From contig CP075492.1 in the NCBI GenBank assembly GCA_021613535.1, forward strand, positions 372,001-436,000: a DNA stretch of 64,000 nucleotides. The letters run 5' to 3'. The first letter of the stretch is position 1; every line of letters starts with the position of its first letter. The position numbers and the translations under genes are program-made. This document shows, in pieces, positions 1 through 12,285 of this stretch. Source of the stretch: Adineta vaga (Eukaryota; Animalia; Rotifera). The notes under the pieces were generated by a model that did not search any database, was not told the DNA's origin, and was given only the letters and a program-made list of their open reading frames with translations.

Positions 1-183
1 TCCTTCACTGAATTAAACTTACTTTACTTCGATAAGATAATAGTATGTTTTTGATTTATTCACTCAAATATGTTCTTTCTGTTGAATGCTACACGAAGAA
101 AAGAGATATATAAAAAACAAGGCGTTTATAGAGTTACGAAAAACTCATTTCTAATTTCTAGCATTCGAGTCCGTTATTAGGAG

Positions 184-777
184 TCAACCGACTATGGAGC
201 CGAGTAATGACGTATCATTTGTACATCTAAGTGAACCAGTACCAATTGTAAACCATCCTGTCTTACATTTTCTACATTTTGTTTGTTGAAATAATGCATT
301 ATATTCACCAATAGGACACGGTAATGGTTCGTTTGTTTTATCTAGACAGTAGTGTCCTTGGGGACATTTGACACAGTAAGTTGATCCACTATATTCGTTG
401 TAGTAACCTTCCTTACATGGACGGCATAGCGTTTGTCCAGGTTGATCAGTGTAAGTTCCAGGAGGACATTGCAGAGGAAGAACAGAGGCATCGGATGAGT
501 AATCACCCTTATATGTACGGAAGCAGAATGATGATCCTTCATACTCAGTATAATCACCAGGGGGACATTTTCGACATTTCACTTGACCATAGAGATTATT
601 GTAGGTACCTGGTGGACACGCCATTTTTACACCATTCGAGCAATAATGGCCTTTATCGCAACGATAGCATTCTTCGAAATCGGTACTGTAATACTGGCCC
701 GGTGAGCAGGTATTTTGTGCTTGCACGATAAAATCAACAGAATACAAGAGATAAAAATTTATAATGTGAAGAAGCAT
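184..777 (-). CDS. Secreted Cys-rich repeat protein (ephrin-receptor-like/GCC2-GCC3 repeats)
   Basis: ATG at 777 gives a signal-peptide-like MLLHIINFYLLYSVDFIVQAQ, followed by repeated CPPGTY..GQ..C..C..G units. Single exon ending in TGA. Confidence 0.8.
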   Translation of the reverse strand: MLLHIINFYLLYSVDFIVQAQNTCSPGQYYSTDFEECYRCDKGHYCSNGVKMACPPGTYNNLYGQVKCRKCPPGDYTEYEGSSFCFRTYKGDYSSDASVLPLQCPPGTYTDQPGQTLCRPCKEGYYNEYSGSTYCVKCPQGHYCLDKTNEPLPCPIGEYNALFQQTKCRKCKTGWFTIGTGSLRCTNDTSLLGSIVG

Positions 778-1371
778 TTTACTTTCTAACAAAAAAATTA
801 GTATGATTGTAATTAAATCAACTACTGCCTACTATAGTATTAAAAGATATTACATAATATATCAGAGATTTGTCATAATTTAAGTTCTACTAGAATGCAA
901 AGTTATTTTCAAGAACAAAATTCGGTTAGAAAAGAAAAGAAATGAAAAAAAAACTTGAAAGAACGCTGCTAATTATTCATTCTTCTTTTATCGGTACGTG
1001 TAGATATGTATGCCTCGTTTTCTTCTATCTGTTTCTTCGCTTCATTGTTAATCATACGCACATAACTATTCTTATTGACACAATTTTGTACGAGCTTAAA
1101 TTTAATATAAACTACTTCGTGAAGTCATTTGTTCTTAAGATCGAATCAAAGAAATGCAACGTTTTTACACTATCCTATTGAAAAAATTTATCTATATTTT
1201 TAATTGATTAATTCATTAACAATAAATAGTCGATTATAATTATAGATTTTTTATAGAACTTTTTCAATACAGGTATTACAAAGCAAGTTATTTATTTATA
1301 TCTCTATAGATGTTTCTATTCAGTTCATTTAACACTTGACCAACATATCAATATAATCCAAACTTAAACCA

Positions 1372-1626
1372 ATGTCAGCCGGTTATCCAATAATTGTTGT
1401 TTTTTGGTTTCCTTTTATAATTGGTTTGACCATATGTAGTTGGTACTGTCGTTACTATCGATGAAAGCAAGCAAAGGAACGATTTCTTCATCGGGTAGAA
1501 ATGGCTGCAGCTCAAGGTTAACCACGTATCGTCTATCATATACAACCAATTACTGTACCACTTCTACAAGAGTCAGCACCTTCAACTTACCAAAAATTAA
1601 TTTCTGCTCAACAATATACAGAATAA
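1372..1626 (+). pseudogene. Small single-pass membrane protein pseudogene
   Basis: Manual translation MSAGYPIIVVFWFPFIIGLTICSWYCRYYR*KQAKERFLHRVEMAAAQG*PRIVYHIQPITVPLLQESAPSTYQKL...: TM segment, Cys/basic juxtamembrane stretch, PPxY-like tail and two in-frame stops. Confidence 0.5.
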
Positions 1627-1716
1627 AATGAATTACTAATTCTCTGTTATATAACAAGTAACGCGGTAAAAATTGCCGCTGACCCTCTACTGAAAGGATA
1701 TAATAATTTCGCTTTT

Positions 1717-2052
1717 GTCACGTGGACTAAGAGCAGAATTGTTTCAATTCGTAAGTCCAATCAATTAATAATCTGTTCAACAGTCTTTTATTTATACTCA
1801 TCTTGCTTATTATAACCGTCTCAAACTAACGTCTAGTCATTCGTCGGCCTCCCTCCGGTCGGCCACTCACGGCTAGCCGTTGGTATGTAGTCATTTCCCG
1901 TTTTCACATCTCAAACCAATCCATTCTTACCGGATCAGTTCCTAATCGAGGATATTGCAACTTTATATAACAGTATGATGTTTATTACTGACTTTATTTT
2001 TCCTTTTATTTTCAGACATCGATAATTGGTTGAGTCGGTTCTTAAAGAGCCA
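1717..2052. repeat. Dispersed repeat, copy 1 (homologous to 50922-51143)
   Basis: Colinear similarity, e.g. ctaatcgaggatattg(c/t)aactttatataacagtat and gttcttaaaga, in both places. Confidence 0.8.
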
Positions 2053-2516
2053 TCAATTATGTCCCTTCGGAAATCCATTGAAGATACCTGAGACTCTTTC
2101 AAATATCGTCCTTGAAATAATTGTAGAAAAAAACGTCCAGCCGTTCGTCGGCCTTTCTCCGGTCGGCCACTCACGACTAGCCGCTTCTATCGAAGTCTCG
2201 ATTGTACTTTCCATTCTTTATTTTCTTTAGAAAAGAATAAATGAGTTGACTTTATTCTATGCCCAGAACCAATGACATTCTTTTATATGTGATCCCATAT
2301 CTGATGGATCACTCTAGATAATTGTAAAAAAAATATGCGTAAACATTCCTATTCAGCATAGAAGGGTAAAAGACTCACACATCACTGGAATGAATTAGAA
2401 AATGCTAGCTCTAGAGTGCCATTTCTAACCTCTCAGAATCATTCGTCCAATTCTAACAGCATAGCTGATTTTCTCGTATGCTAAGTATCAGAAAAGACAG
2501 GACAAAATGATTAACA

Positions 2517-2812
2517 AAAAACTAACCTGAAATTCAGATTCCTCAACTTCGATTACCCTTTGGTGAAACTTTACTGAAAAATATGATAATGAGTCACTAA
2601 TTAGTTAATTATGAATTAGTAATTAAGTAAAACTAACATCAGATTCCGGATTCCTCGACCTCGATTACTCTTCGGTCAAACTTTACAGAAAAATAATATA
2701 ATTAATTACCAATTAGCTAATCAGCTAATTAATCAATTACCAATTAAGTAAAACCAACCTCAGATTCGGATTCCTCACCCTCAAATACCTTTTGGTCAAA
2801 CCTTAAAGCAAA
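2517..2812. repeat. Three tandem units of about 112-120 bp, probably internal to a non-autonomous element
   Basis: aaaac(t/c)aac..cagattc(c)ggattcctc.ac.tcgattac...ggtcaaactt recurs at about 2517, 2629 and 2750. Confidence 0.75.
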
Positions 2813-4508
2813 AAAAGATTGAAAGTTTTAATCAACCAATCAGAGGAGTGAATGAACACACATCAACTCTTTTTTTCAGTAACATCTGCTCGACGCATAA
2901 CCCTCCTTTCAGTAGAGGGAATAATTCATAAACGAATTTGCTTATTCATTTCCTATACATACTTATTACAAAACATCGTTCTATCAGAACCTTTGAACTT
3001 TTTAATAATCAGAATCATTCCACATGTTCTACACTTAAAACATTCTTTATGCGACACCTAAAATATTCCGATGTTTTTTGAGATGAAGGAAAAGATTCTT
3101 CATGAACTTACTGTGCTAAGATATTCGATTCCGTCCTTTGGATCGACTTCTTTATGACATGTTCCACATTCTGGTAATACAAACGCCATTCTTATTCCTT
3201 TTTTCAGCTCTGAAAAAGGATATAAAATCTTTGTTATTTTATTCTGTACAAAGTGAAGATAAAAAAAAATGAAAGTAAATCTTTACTGTTTCACAAGTAA
3301 CCATAAGAGAGTTTTGTTATCGTCATTTCTTATCACTTTTACACTAATAACTTGTATAATGTATTTTTTTTCTCGTTTCTCTTGATATTTTTCATCCTTC
3401 GTTTAAATATTTTAAGTCTACTTCGTAGAAAAACAATTTTCAATAGTTTTTCGCGGACACTTATAATAAATGTTTTGTGGAACTCACATATATTTTCGAA
3501 GAAAAATGTGGGTGTAAGTTTTAAGTCGAGAAAATCCTTGGACCCCCTCCCACCTCCTCTCCCATTCGATGAACTTTTTGACCCCTCCCCCCCCTCCCGA
3601 CCCTCTAAGGGACGGAAATTTTGTGATAAATTAGCTTATGCTAAGCGAGGTACTCCGCCTTTCCGCCCCCCGGAAGGGGAGGGAGTTTTATTTTCCAGAA
3701 AATTCTTCATTTATAGGTACAAGGATGTGGTGTAACACCCCCCCCCCCTCGCTCCCCTCCCTTTCAGTATCAAAATGGCATAGCGTGAGTGACGGTGATG
3801 GTGTGAATGCAGGTAAAGGTAGCATATTTACACGTCCGTGCCACCCATACCCTAAAAAACGATAAAAATTAACAAAACCCTTTTCTTACTATAACACAGC
3901 TGAATATGTAATGATTTACCAAATTCATACTCATATTATTACTTAAGATTTGCAGGCTTACTCTTAGCAATAAAACACTTTCGAATTCAGAAATTGGTAA
4001 AGAATAAGGAATGTGAGTTCCACATTTTAGCTCCAAAGGAGCTACGCTGACAAGCTTTTTTAAATTAATTAAAATTTCATCTCAAAGAAAATCTGATGAT
4101 AATACATTGAACATAATATTTCGTATAGAAACAAGTAAAGTTCATCATGTCAATTCACTTCATTCTAGAATATTTTTTTATCTTTTCTAATAAGTAACAA
4201 AGTAGAAGTCATAACATGTCATTGAGATCTTATAATTATATTTTTAATAAAGATATTGATGGTACTCATTATAATGAAAATAAAACGTGACTTTCTTTTT
4301 TCAATAGAAGAAAATTTTGTTAAAAGTTACAAAAAAAAAATCTTTTTTTCTTTATTTTAACTTTTTAAAGAAATTTTCATAAAATTAACAATTAATGTCA
4401 ATATTTAATATCCATTGTTGTTGAATTCAAAAAGAACAATCAAATTGATTAAATTTATTAGAATTCTTCAATATTTCATATTGATTACAGAATATTTTCT
4501 CTATATGT

Positions 4509-4568
4509 TGGGTGTGGGTGGGTGTGCGGGTGTCAGATACCACTAGCACTCACACCCACACCCTCAAG
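4509..4568. repeat. Telomere-repeat hairpin element (spacer class B)
   Basis: tgggtgtgggtgggtgtgcgggtg-tcagataccactagc-actcacacccacaccctcaag. Confidence 0.85.
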
Positions 4569-5606
4569 ATGATAGCGGACGTGATACTCTATCATATGCA
4601 CCAATAAAAAAAAAATCGAAAAATTTGACAAAAATCAACTTTTTTGGGTGGAGGGTGGGCCTTAAATATCCTAATTTTAAATGAGAAAGTTTTCTTGTAT
4701 AAGATATAATTCTTTAAAAATACATACTACAACATTATAACTAAATTATTCTTCATTTATTGCAATTAATAATAGATATTTGTATAAAATTGAAAATATT
4801 TGAGATAAATGATGAATCATAATTTCATTAGAATTCATTTGAAAGATTTTCAATAGAACTTATCGATTGATGATTTTCATTTGTTTTAATAAAAATCTTA
4901 AGAATTTTTTCGTATAAATTAACTTACTTCGAAATCTTTTTTTCTAAATGATCGACAGATCATCTTCGTTTAATATTATTATCATGAAATTGTAGAAATT
5001 TCAAATAGATAAAGAAATTCATTCAAACATATATATGTTTATCATCTGTGGGATAGAAAACAATGATATTATTTATGTGTGTTTTAATTATATTCTCATT
5101 TTATACAAATATACTGACTTAATCTTTATAAAAGTTCTGTTTTTATATTATTCTCACTTATGTAGTATTACGTTCAAACATTTAGAAATTATCTCGTGTA
5201 TCTTTTTCTCCTGTTTTTTATTAATATTACATTTTTTTTCAAAAAACAAAGCGTCTTATTTCTCTTACTGATGTTTTTCTTTCGAATTTAATATTATTAT
5301 TCTCTTTTCCGAATTTGTTTGATACATCTGAGTAATATAATAAACTGAGAGTGTTTTCGTATCTATATATCATAGGAAGAACAGAACGAATGAATGAAAT
5401 AAATTTTGTCATCATTTTATCTTTTCATTTGCTCGTGTTAGTTTTTGTTTTGTTTCTTTTTCCACGTAAACGCATACGATAAGTTTCAACGAGTTTTGGT
5501 CATTATAAATCGAACTATAACTTTGTAAAGCATCTTGACGACAGTTGAATGTGAGTATATTTTCATCCTTATTACTCATAATTTCACATAAATTGTTTCA
5601 AATAAT

Positions 5607-8222
5607 ATGTCGGAATTTTTTTGCCGAAATAAACACCCTGCAAATATTACTGTTATTGATATATATGGAAGTTTTGCTACGAATCCACGTATTCGCACTG
5701 TTCAACTATGTGATAGAGAAATTGCCTTTGAAGTTTTGGCAACACCCTCAAATTCGGATGATTTTGTCATTATCTTTCTCGATTCTAATCGTATAGCAAA
5801 TATTGAAAAATACCTCAATGTACTATTCGCGTTCGGTGGTAATTATTCATATTACAAAGACTTTCATGATATTGATGAATGTGTTGATTTTATTTCGTCG
5901 TTGAAATATGAAAAAGTCTTTCTAGTTTTATTCATAAATGAAGCCGAATTATTGGTACCACTCATTCACGAGATTTCAACGTTGATATATATTTATATTT
6001 GTTTTGAAGAAGAAGCTTCAAGTATAGATTCTAAACAGTTCAATTGGATAAATATCTATCCTAAGATTTGTGATAAAATCTACGAATTAAGTGACGAGCT
6101 ACGTTGTCGAATGAAAAAAGATATGGAATTGATGCGAATCCCTGTAGTAGAACCTATGTTGTTCTCAATGAACACAACAGCAATGAAAAATATCAATGCA
6201 GATTGTGCAGCTTATCAATGGAATCAAATATTATTAGATGCTCTACGACATTTACCGAAAAACAATAAATCAAGACAAGATATTTTAACTATATGCAAAA
6301 CACAATATAAAGATGATCCATGTGAATTTAAAAAAATCGAACAATTTGAAAAAACATATCAACCTCAATCAGCTATTTGGTGGTATTCTCAAGACTGTTT
6401 TCTCTATAAATTAATAAACAAAGCACTTCAAACTGAAGATATTGATATTTTATTCAAATTTAGATTTTTTATAATTGATCTGTACGATCAATTAAGTGAT
6501 TTACACAATAAATCCAAAACAGAAAATTCAAATATTCTTACAGTTTATCGTGGTCAACAAATAACACCTAATGAATTAGAAAATCTGCAAAACAATATAA
6601 ATAATATTATATCATTGAAGTCTTTCTTATCTACGACGACAAACAAAAATGTTGCACTCATGTATGCTGGTGATGGGTCTCAACGACCACAATTAGAATC
6701 AATACTTTTTGAAATTTTAGTTGATGTCAACAAATCAGACAAACCTTTAGCCGATATTTCACAACAAAGTCAAATGTCGCATGAAGATGAAGTTTTACTA
6801 TCTATGAGTATGTTATTTACAGTAAAATCTATCGAACAAATAGAAAATAATGTATGGAAAATACAATTGATGACAACGAATGAAAGTAGTATAAAACTGA
6901 ACGACTATTTAGATGAATTATGTTTAAACTTCAGTGAATATGATGATCCACTTTTCCGACTTGCTTCACTTCTGAGTGAAGTAGGATCTTATGAAAAGGC
7001 AGAAAAATATCTATTAATGTTACTTGAAGAATATAGAGAAGATTATGGTAGGATTTACAATGTTCTTGGCTTATGTAACTATGCTAAGCATAACTACAGA
7101 CGTGCTCTACACTATTATATACAAGCCATGAATCATTTTATAGTGACACAAAACACCGAGCACCCAATTTGTTGTTATCTTTATAATAATATTGGAGTCA
7201 TTTATGAAGGTGAAGATGATTATGAACAAGCAATGAATTTCTATAAAAAGGCATTGGAAATTTATCTACAACATCCAACAGGGCATCGTGAAATGTTTGT
7301 GACTATTTTAGCGCGCATAGGACATATTTATGCCAAGTTTGGGAATTATGATGAAGCTTTCAAAAAGTATTATCGTGCTTATGAAATTGTTGAAAACCTA
7401 CATTCCAGTAGCACTCATTCCGTAGCAACACTATATAGTTATATGGGTGATACTTATTTAAAATTAGGACAACACAATAAATCATTGGAATATTACAAAA
7501 AAAGTCTACAGATTCTTCAAGAAGTATTACCCAATGACAAAGCACCAATCGCTCAAGCTTATGAAAGTATTGGAGTAGTATACGGTTTCAAAGGAGAATA
7601 TGATGAAGCGCTCCGTCAATATAAAGAAGCAGAACGAATATTCGTAGCTAATGGTATTATTGCTCATATTGATCTCGCCGGTGTTTATGGTGAAATGGGA
7701 GTTATTTATCGTAAAAAAAAAGAATACGAGATAGCATTATATTATCATAAAGAATGTTTAAATATTAAAAAAAAGTTTTGTCCAGAAAATAGCATTGGTA
7801 TAGCAAAAACTTATAATAATATTGGTGTAGTTTATCATGAAATGATTAACATTGAACTAAGTATTGAATATACAAAAAAGGCTATTAATTGTATAGAAAA
7901 CTGTCAAACTCCTAACGAAGTCGAACTAGCAATCTATTATGGTAATCTTGGATCATGTTATGCAGATGTACAAGATGTTGAGCAAGCACTGTATTACCAT
8001 AATTTATCTCTCGATATTAAATGTCGTGTTTTTCCATCAAATCATCCAACATTTTCTATAACATTTCATAACATTGCTCAAGCGCTATGTCAAATAGGCA
8101 ATATTTTGACGGCTATAGATTATTCGGAAAAAGCGGTTAAAATATCTGAAGAAGCATTAGGCGTTAATCATCCAAACTATCAAATCTTTATGGCGCTATT
8201 AAATGAACTAAAAACTATTTAA
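5607..8222 (+). CDS. ADP-ribosyltransferase (R-S-E type) domain plus TPR repeat protein
   Basis: 871-aa ORF with ART motifs VYRGQ, FLSTT and HEDEVL, followed by about 10 TPRs (YNNIGVIY, ALxYYKKAL). Confidence 0.9.
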   Translation: MSEFFCRNKHPANITVIDIYGSFATNPRIRTVQLCDREIAFEVLATPSNSDDFVIIFLDSNRIANIEKYLNVLFAFGGNYSYYKDFHDIDECVDFISSLKYEKVFLVLFINEAELLVPLIHEISTLIYIYICFEEEASSIDSKQFNWINIYPKICDKIYELSDELRCRMKKDMELMRIPVVEPMLFSMNTTAMKNINADCAAYQWNQILLDALRHLPKNNKSRQDILTICKTQYKDDPCEFKKIEQFEKTYQPQSAIWWYSQDCFLYKLINKALQTEDIDILFKFRFFIIDLYDQLSDLHNKSKTENSNILTVYRGQQITPNELENLQNNINNIISLKSFLSTTTNKNVALMYAGDGSQRPQLESILFEILVDVNKSDKPLADISQQSQMSHEDEVLLSMSMLFTVKSIEQIENNVWKIQLMTTNESSIKLNDYLDELCLNFSEYDDPLFRLASLLSEVGSYEKAEKYLLMLLEEYREDYGRIYNVLGLCNYAKHNYRRALHYYIQAMNHFIVTQNTEHPICCYLYNNIGVIYEGEDDYEQAMNFYKKALEIYLQHPTGHREMFVTILARIGHIYAKFGNYDEAFKKYYRAYEIVENLHSSSTHSVATLYSYMGDTYLKLGQHNKSLEYYKKSLQILQEVLPNDKAPIAQAYESIGVVYGFKGEYDEALRQYKEAERIFVANGIIAHIDLAGVYGEMGVIYRKKKEYEIALYYHKECLNIKKKFCPENSIGIAKTYNNIGVVYHEMINIELSIEYTKKAINCIENCQTPNEVELAIYYGNLGSCYADVQDVEQALYYHNLSLDIKCRVFPSNHPTFSITFHNIAQALCQIGNILTAIDYSEKAVKISEEALGVNHPNYQIFMALLNELKTI

Positions 8223-8918
8223 ACTCATTGTTTACAAGAATAATATTTGTCTTCTATACAGTTGAGAATATCGATGTGGATATTGTGTTCTGTACAACGA
8301 CTAAACGTATTGTTATATAGTATCAGATTCACTCTCACATTCTTTATTTATGTTATTAAATTACTAAAAAAACATTGAATTTTATTCTGATTATAATCAT
8401 TTAATTCATAAAAATAAATATTTTATCTTTTCATTCTCATGATTTTCTATGTTCTAAAAGTGCCATGACAAAAGTGTTAATTGGCTTCACTTTTCGCTGC
8501 ATTTAGGAAGCAATGAACAAAACAATCAAAAGAGTAAATGTAGTGTTTATCTAAGGAATAATTATTTTATATATGAGAAAATCTTATTAGAGAAAAAAAG
8601 AAATTTTCTCTTGTTTCACAGGATAAACAACAGGCCTTTGTTTTTCTTTAAACGAAATATATAAAGAATATTACATTCCTCCATCTTGAACCTCATATAT
8701 GAATTTCTGTACGTGTACAATTTTGACTCTATCTTATTTCTAATACTTTATGAATTCTATGTACAATATTTGTTTTACTTTCATTTGTGTGATGATATTA
8801 TTAATTCATGATCATTTAATGGAGTTCCTATAATTTGTATGTTATTGAAGTCTTTTCTTGACAAATTGGATACAATATTTCATCAAATAATCTCTAGATT
8901 TCTTGTGATTGTTTTTAG

Positions 8919-9505
8919 CAGAGATGGGCAAGTCAAGTCAAGTCAAGTCAAAAAACATATATTAAGAGGTTTCAATGTATTTTTTTTTTGTATTCCACTA
9001 TAGTCTTATTACAGAATCAGAATGTAAAAGAAAAATATAATTAAAAATGAAAATTTTTGTTAAAAATAAATTTGAAATAATACGAAATTTTTATTTCAAA
9101 GTTTTATTCAATACTTTTTTCCAATTTCTATTGGTAAACTAGTATCCCTATGATCTGTTTATCGAAGATCTTTGTAATATATTTGTGTTGTTTAACCTTT
9201 ATTATTAAAATTTCTCGGTAACACCAATCGAAACCTAATGAATCAACAAAACAGTACTGTTGATACACCTTCATCAAACGATGAAATCGAGATAGAAGTA
9301 GTACCAACGTTCAATTCACCAACTGTTACTCAAAGCTTAGCATCAAATTCAACAATATTTAAAACTACTCGTGATCAATTCTTTGACGATCTTCAAACAA
9401 AAATAGAAGATCTGAAAGAATTTTTTATAATACGTTTTAACTGAGTTTGACTTGCATGACTTGACTTGACTTGACTTGTGAAAACGTCGGACTTGCCCAT
9501 CTCTG
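8919..9505. mobile_element. Non-autonomous hAT element
   Basis: TIRs CAGAGATGGGCAAGTC...GACTTGCCCATCTCTG, subterminal (CAAGT)n arrays, and a perfect 8-bp TSD GTTTTTAG (8911-8918 and 9506-9513). Confidence 0.95.
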
Positions 9506-10467
9506 GTTTTTAGTAATGCACTTTTATTTCGTATTCTTTGGCGAAAAAACTTGATTAAAAAGTACAATTCAATTATTACCAATTTCATTTCTTTAATTTA
9601 TTTTTAATTTTTCTCAAACAATTATGCAACTTGTTGTTTATATTATTTTTCGTGAGAGTGTGAGTTTGAGCATATTGATAAATGATAAAGAATTCAGATT
9701 TTCATTTCTTCTTCTTTATGTATATATTGATTGTACTGAAATTACTTTTAACAAAAGAAAAATTCAAGAACGAAATATGAAGACAAAGAAAAATCCAATG
9801 TAAGAAAAAACATTTCAAAGATTTATTTGCCTTAACAAAGAAAAAAAAGAAAGTTCTTTTATTGATCTTTTCCTTACTTGATGTTTTTTTTTATAGATGT
9901 GTATCAAGTTTCATTCTCAATAAATTCTTCTATTGTTAATGAAAAAGATCACCATTAATTAAACGAAAATCGAAAGGAATTATATGAAGAATTCAAATAA
10001 AAATTCTTTTCTTCTTTTCATTGTGAGATAACATCAACGAATGATCAACAAAAATATATAAAACAGTCAAGATCAACTGATCAGAATTGTCAAAGTTCTT
10101 CTTATGAAACTTTATCGAATTCAATTAGAATTTCTTCAAAAAACAAAAACATTCGTAAATATTTTTATCCTCCAATAAATCTTACTCATTGCTCTCATTT
10201 AAATAAAAATTGACGATCCAACAGATCAGTTTTTGATATTATATGTAGCTATAGCAACAACAATAGATATAACGACTTCTACTACAATTATATCCACCAC
10301 AATTTCAACAACATTCACATCTTCAACAAATTCAGTTTCACGTAATGTTATGGTTTGTTTTTTAAAATTAAAAATGAACTCGATCGAAAAGTGATTATCT
10401 AATAATCTTGAGAGTGAAAGTGTCTTTTTTTTACTCTAAAATAATTGTAATTGATATTTTATTTTAG

Positions 10468-10983
10468 ATTGGCGTAACACTAGTAGTATGAGTTATCCTC
10501 AATATGATCATATACAATTCGTATTAACAGATGGAAAAGTATTAGTTTCTAGTGGATATAATGGTAGTGCGTCTCTAAATACTGCTGAATTGTATGATTC
10601 ATCAACAGAATTGTGGACAGTTACTGCTAATATGAATTATGCACGACGATATCATCAAGCATGTTAAGAAGTAAAACGATCTACAGCTGATATTATGTGT
10701 TCACATATATGACGTCATATGTACTACTAGATTTATCCGTCCTGCCATGACATCATATGACATCTTCCTATTTATTCTTTTCGTTCTGTACAAACCTATA
10801 TATATCTTTCGTTTCTTCGTTAATAAATGTTGTTCCATACTTGATAAGATTTTCTTTTAAATAACATCCAAAGAAACAATACCTACTTCACAAGCATCTG
10901 CATTAACTAATGGTCAAGTAAGTGTTATTGGTGAACAAAATGCTGCTGGTGTTTTAAATATTGCAGAATTATATCAATCATAA
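10468..10983 (+). pseudogene. Kelch-repeat exon (bacterial-type kelch), interrupted by a solo LTR
   Basis: After the AG acceptor: WRNTSSMSYPQYDHIQFVLTDGKVLVSSGYNGSASLNTAELYDSSTELWTVTANMNYARRYHQA|SALTNGQVSVIGEQNAAGVLNIAELYQS*. Removing the insert restores the frame. Decayed upstream exons include a Thr-rich linker at about 10250-10350. Confidence 0.8.
10662..10892 (+). mobile_element. Solo LTR (231 bp)
   Basis: TGTTAAGAAGTA...TACTTCACA termini, 4-bp TSD AGCA, internal TATATATA followed by AATAAA. Confidence 0.8.
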
Positions 10984-11046
10984 CAAACGAATGAAAAAAT
11001 GTGAGTATTTATTTTGAAAACAAATTCACATTGATTATCAATTTCT

Positions 11047-11319
11047 TTATTTCTTTGGATGAAAAAAATTATGTAAAAAGAGTCTGCTGAATTCATATGC
11101 AGAATGATATGCTGTAGAATATCCAAATATGGGTTGATGACCATAATGTGAAGTATTAGATCCATATGCAGCTTCATGTGTCTGATGACTATGATGATTA
11201 TGTCCATGTACAGAATGAATACTTTGATGATTATTTCTATTAATATGATTAAGCATTCGAGCATGAACTTCTTCTAAATGTTGCGCAGTTCCTGTATGCA
11301 TACCAGTTGGATTGCTCAT
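11047..11319 (-). CDS. Small His-rich protein
   Basis: 90-aa ATG-initiated ORF with biased composition (HSVHGHNHHSHQTH); no recognised family. Confidence 0.55.
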   Translation of the reverse strand: MSNPTGMHTGTAQHLEEVHARMLNHINRNNHQSIHSVHGHNHHSHQTHEAAYGSNTSHYGHQPIFGYSTAYHSAYEFSRLFLHNFFHPKK

Positions 11320-11883
11320 TTTGCACGTATGTTTATGTTACCAGTCAACAGAAATTGACAAGGAAGAAAAATAATACGACGCATTAAAAACAAGTGTGAT
11401 AAGAGGCAATCACGAGAACATAAAAAGAATATATATAGAACGATCGCTTTTTCGGCATATTTTTTTTAATCGATTATGATAGTTTTTTATCATCACGTTT
11501 TGAAACGCTGATAAAAAACAATCACAAACAAACTGTCATTTAAATAATTTTTTGTTTTCATTCAGAAAGTTTGAAGATATAATCGCTATTTTATCCTAAG
11601 CAAATTATTGTTTTTTCTTTCTCGGAAGTCAAAGCAAAAAGAGGACTATTATGACGTTCTCGCTTATAAGTGCTGTACATATACTGTTCGTTCTTTTGAT
11701 TCTCTTCTATAAACGAATATATAAATGCGTGTTTTGTATCACAGAGATGCGATTTAAGACATTTTTTTTTAAAATAGAAGATCATTTATTATATCTGTGA
11801 TTAAAAAATGAGTTTATACAATTTATAATTGGGCGTGTATAAAATAATTGAGAAATAAATAAATAGTTTTATAATTTGTATTG

Positions 11884-12285
11884 TTAAGCAATAACTTCAT
11901 CAACAGTACGATGTCGAGCACAACACCAATAGAGAACAAGACCTTAAAAAAGAAATCATAGACTAAAATATTCATCATAAAAATGTATTGAAAACTTACC
12001 ACCGATAGGAAAGAAAAATATTATTAAAATCCAAATAAGTTTAGAACATACACTACGACCACTACTAGTTAAAAGTTCAAAAATAGCAATCAGATCAAGA
12101 ATTAAAAGGATCTACAAGAAATAATAATAAAATGAAAACTTAATGGATTCTGTTTTTGAAATAAAACTTACAGAAGCTAATACACCACCTACACTGGAAC
12201 CAATAATAACAGGTCTGTTGTCAGCATGTGCAACAGAAATTGACAATAGAATAACAGTAGATACGAATAAAAATGAATGCTTCAT
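11884..12285 (-). CDS. PLDc_N-type small membrane protein, 3 exons (12285-12172, 12111-12000, 11942-11884)
   Basis: Splicing two GTAAGT..AG introns (60 and 57 nt) gives 94 aa: MKHSFLFVSTVILLSISVAHADNRPVIIGSSVGGVLASILLILDLIAIFELLTSSGRSVCSKLIWILIIFFFPIGGLVLYWCCARHRTVDEVIA*. This matches the PLDc_N pattern LD..AI.E...S.R....K..W...I..FP..G...Y. Confidence 0.85.

Noticed and set aside
3352-3865. ORFs over the C/G-run-rich segment
   Set aside because: Low-complexity translations of a probable non-coding repeat; element ends could not be defined.
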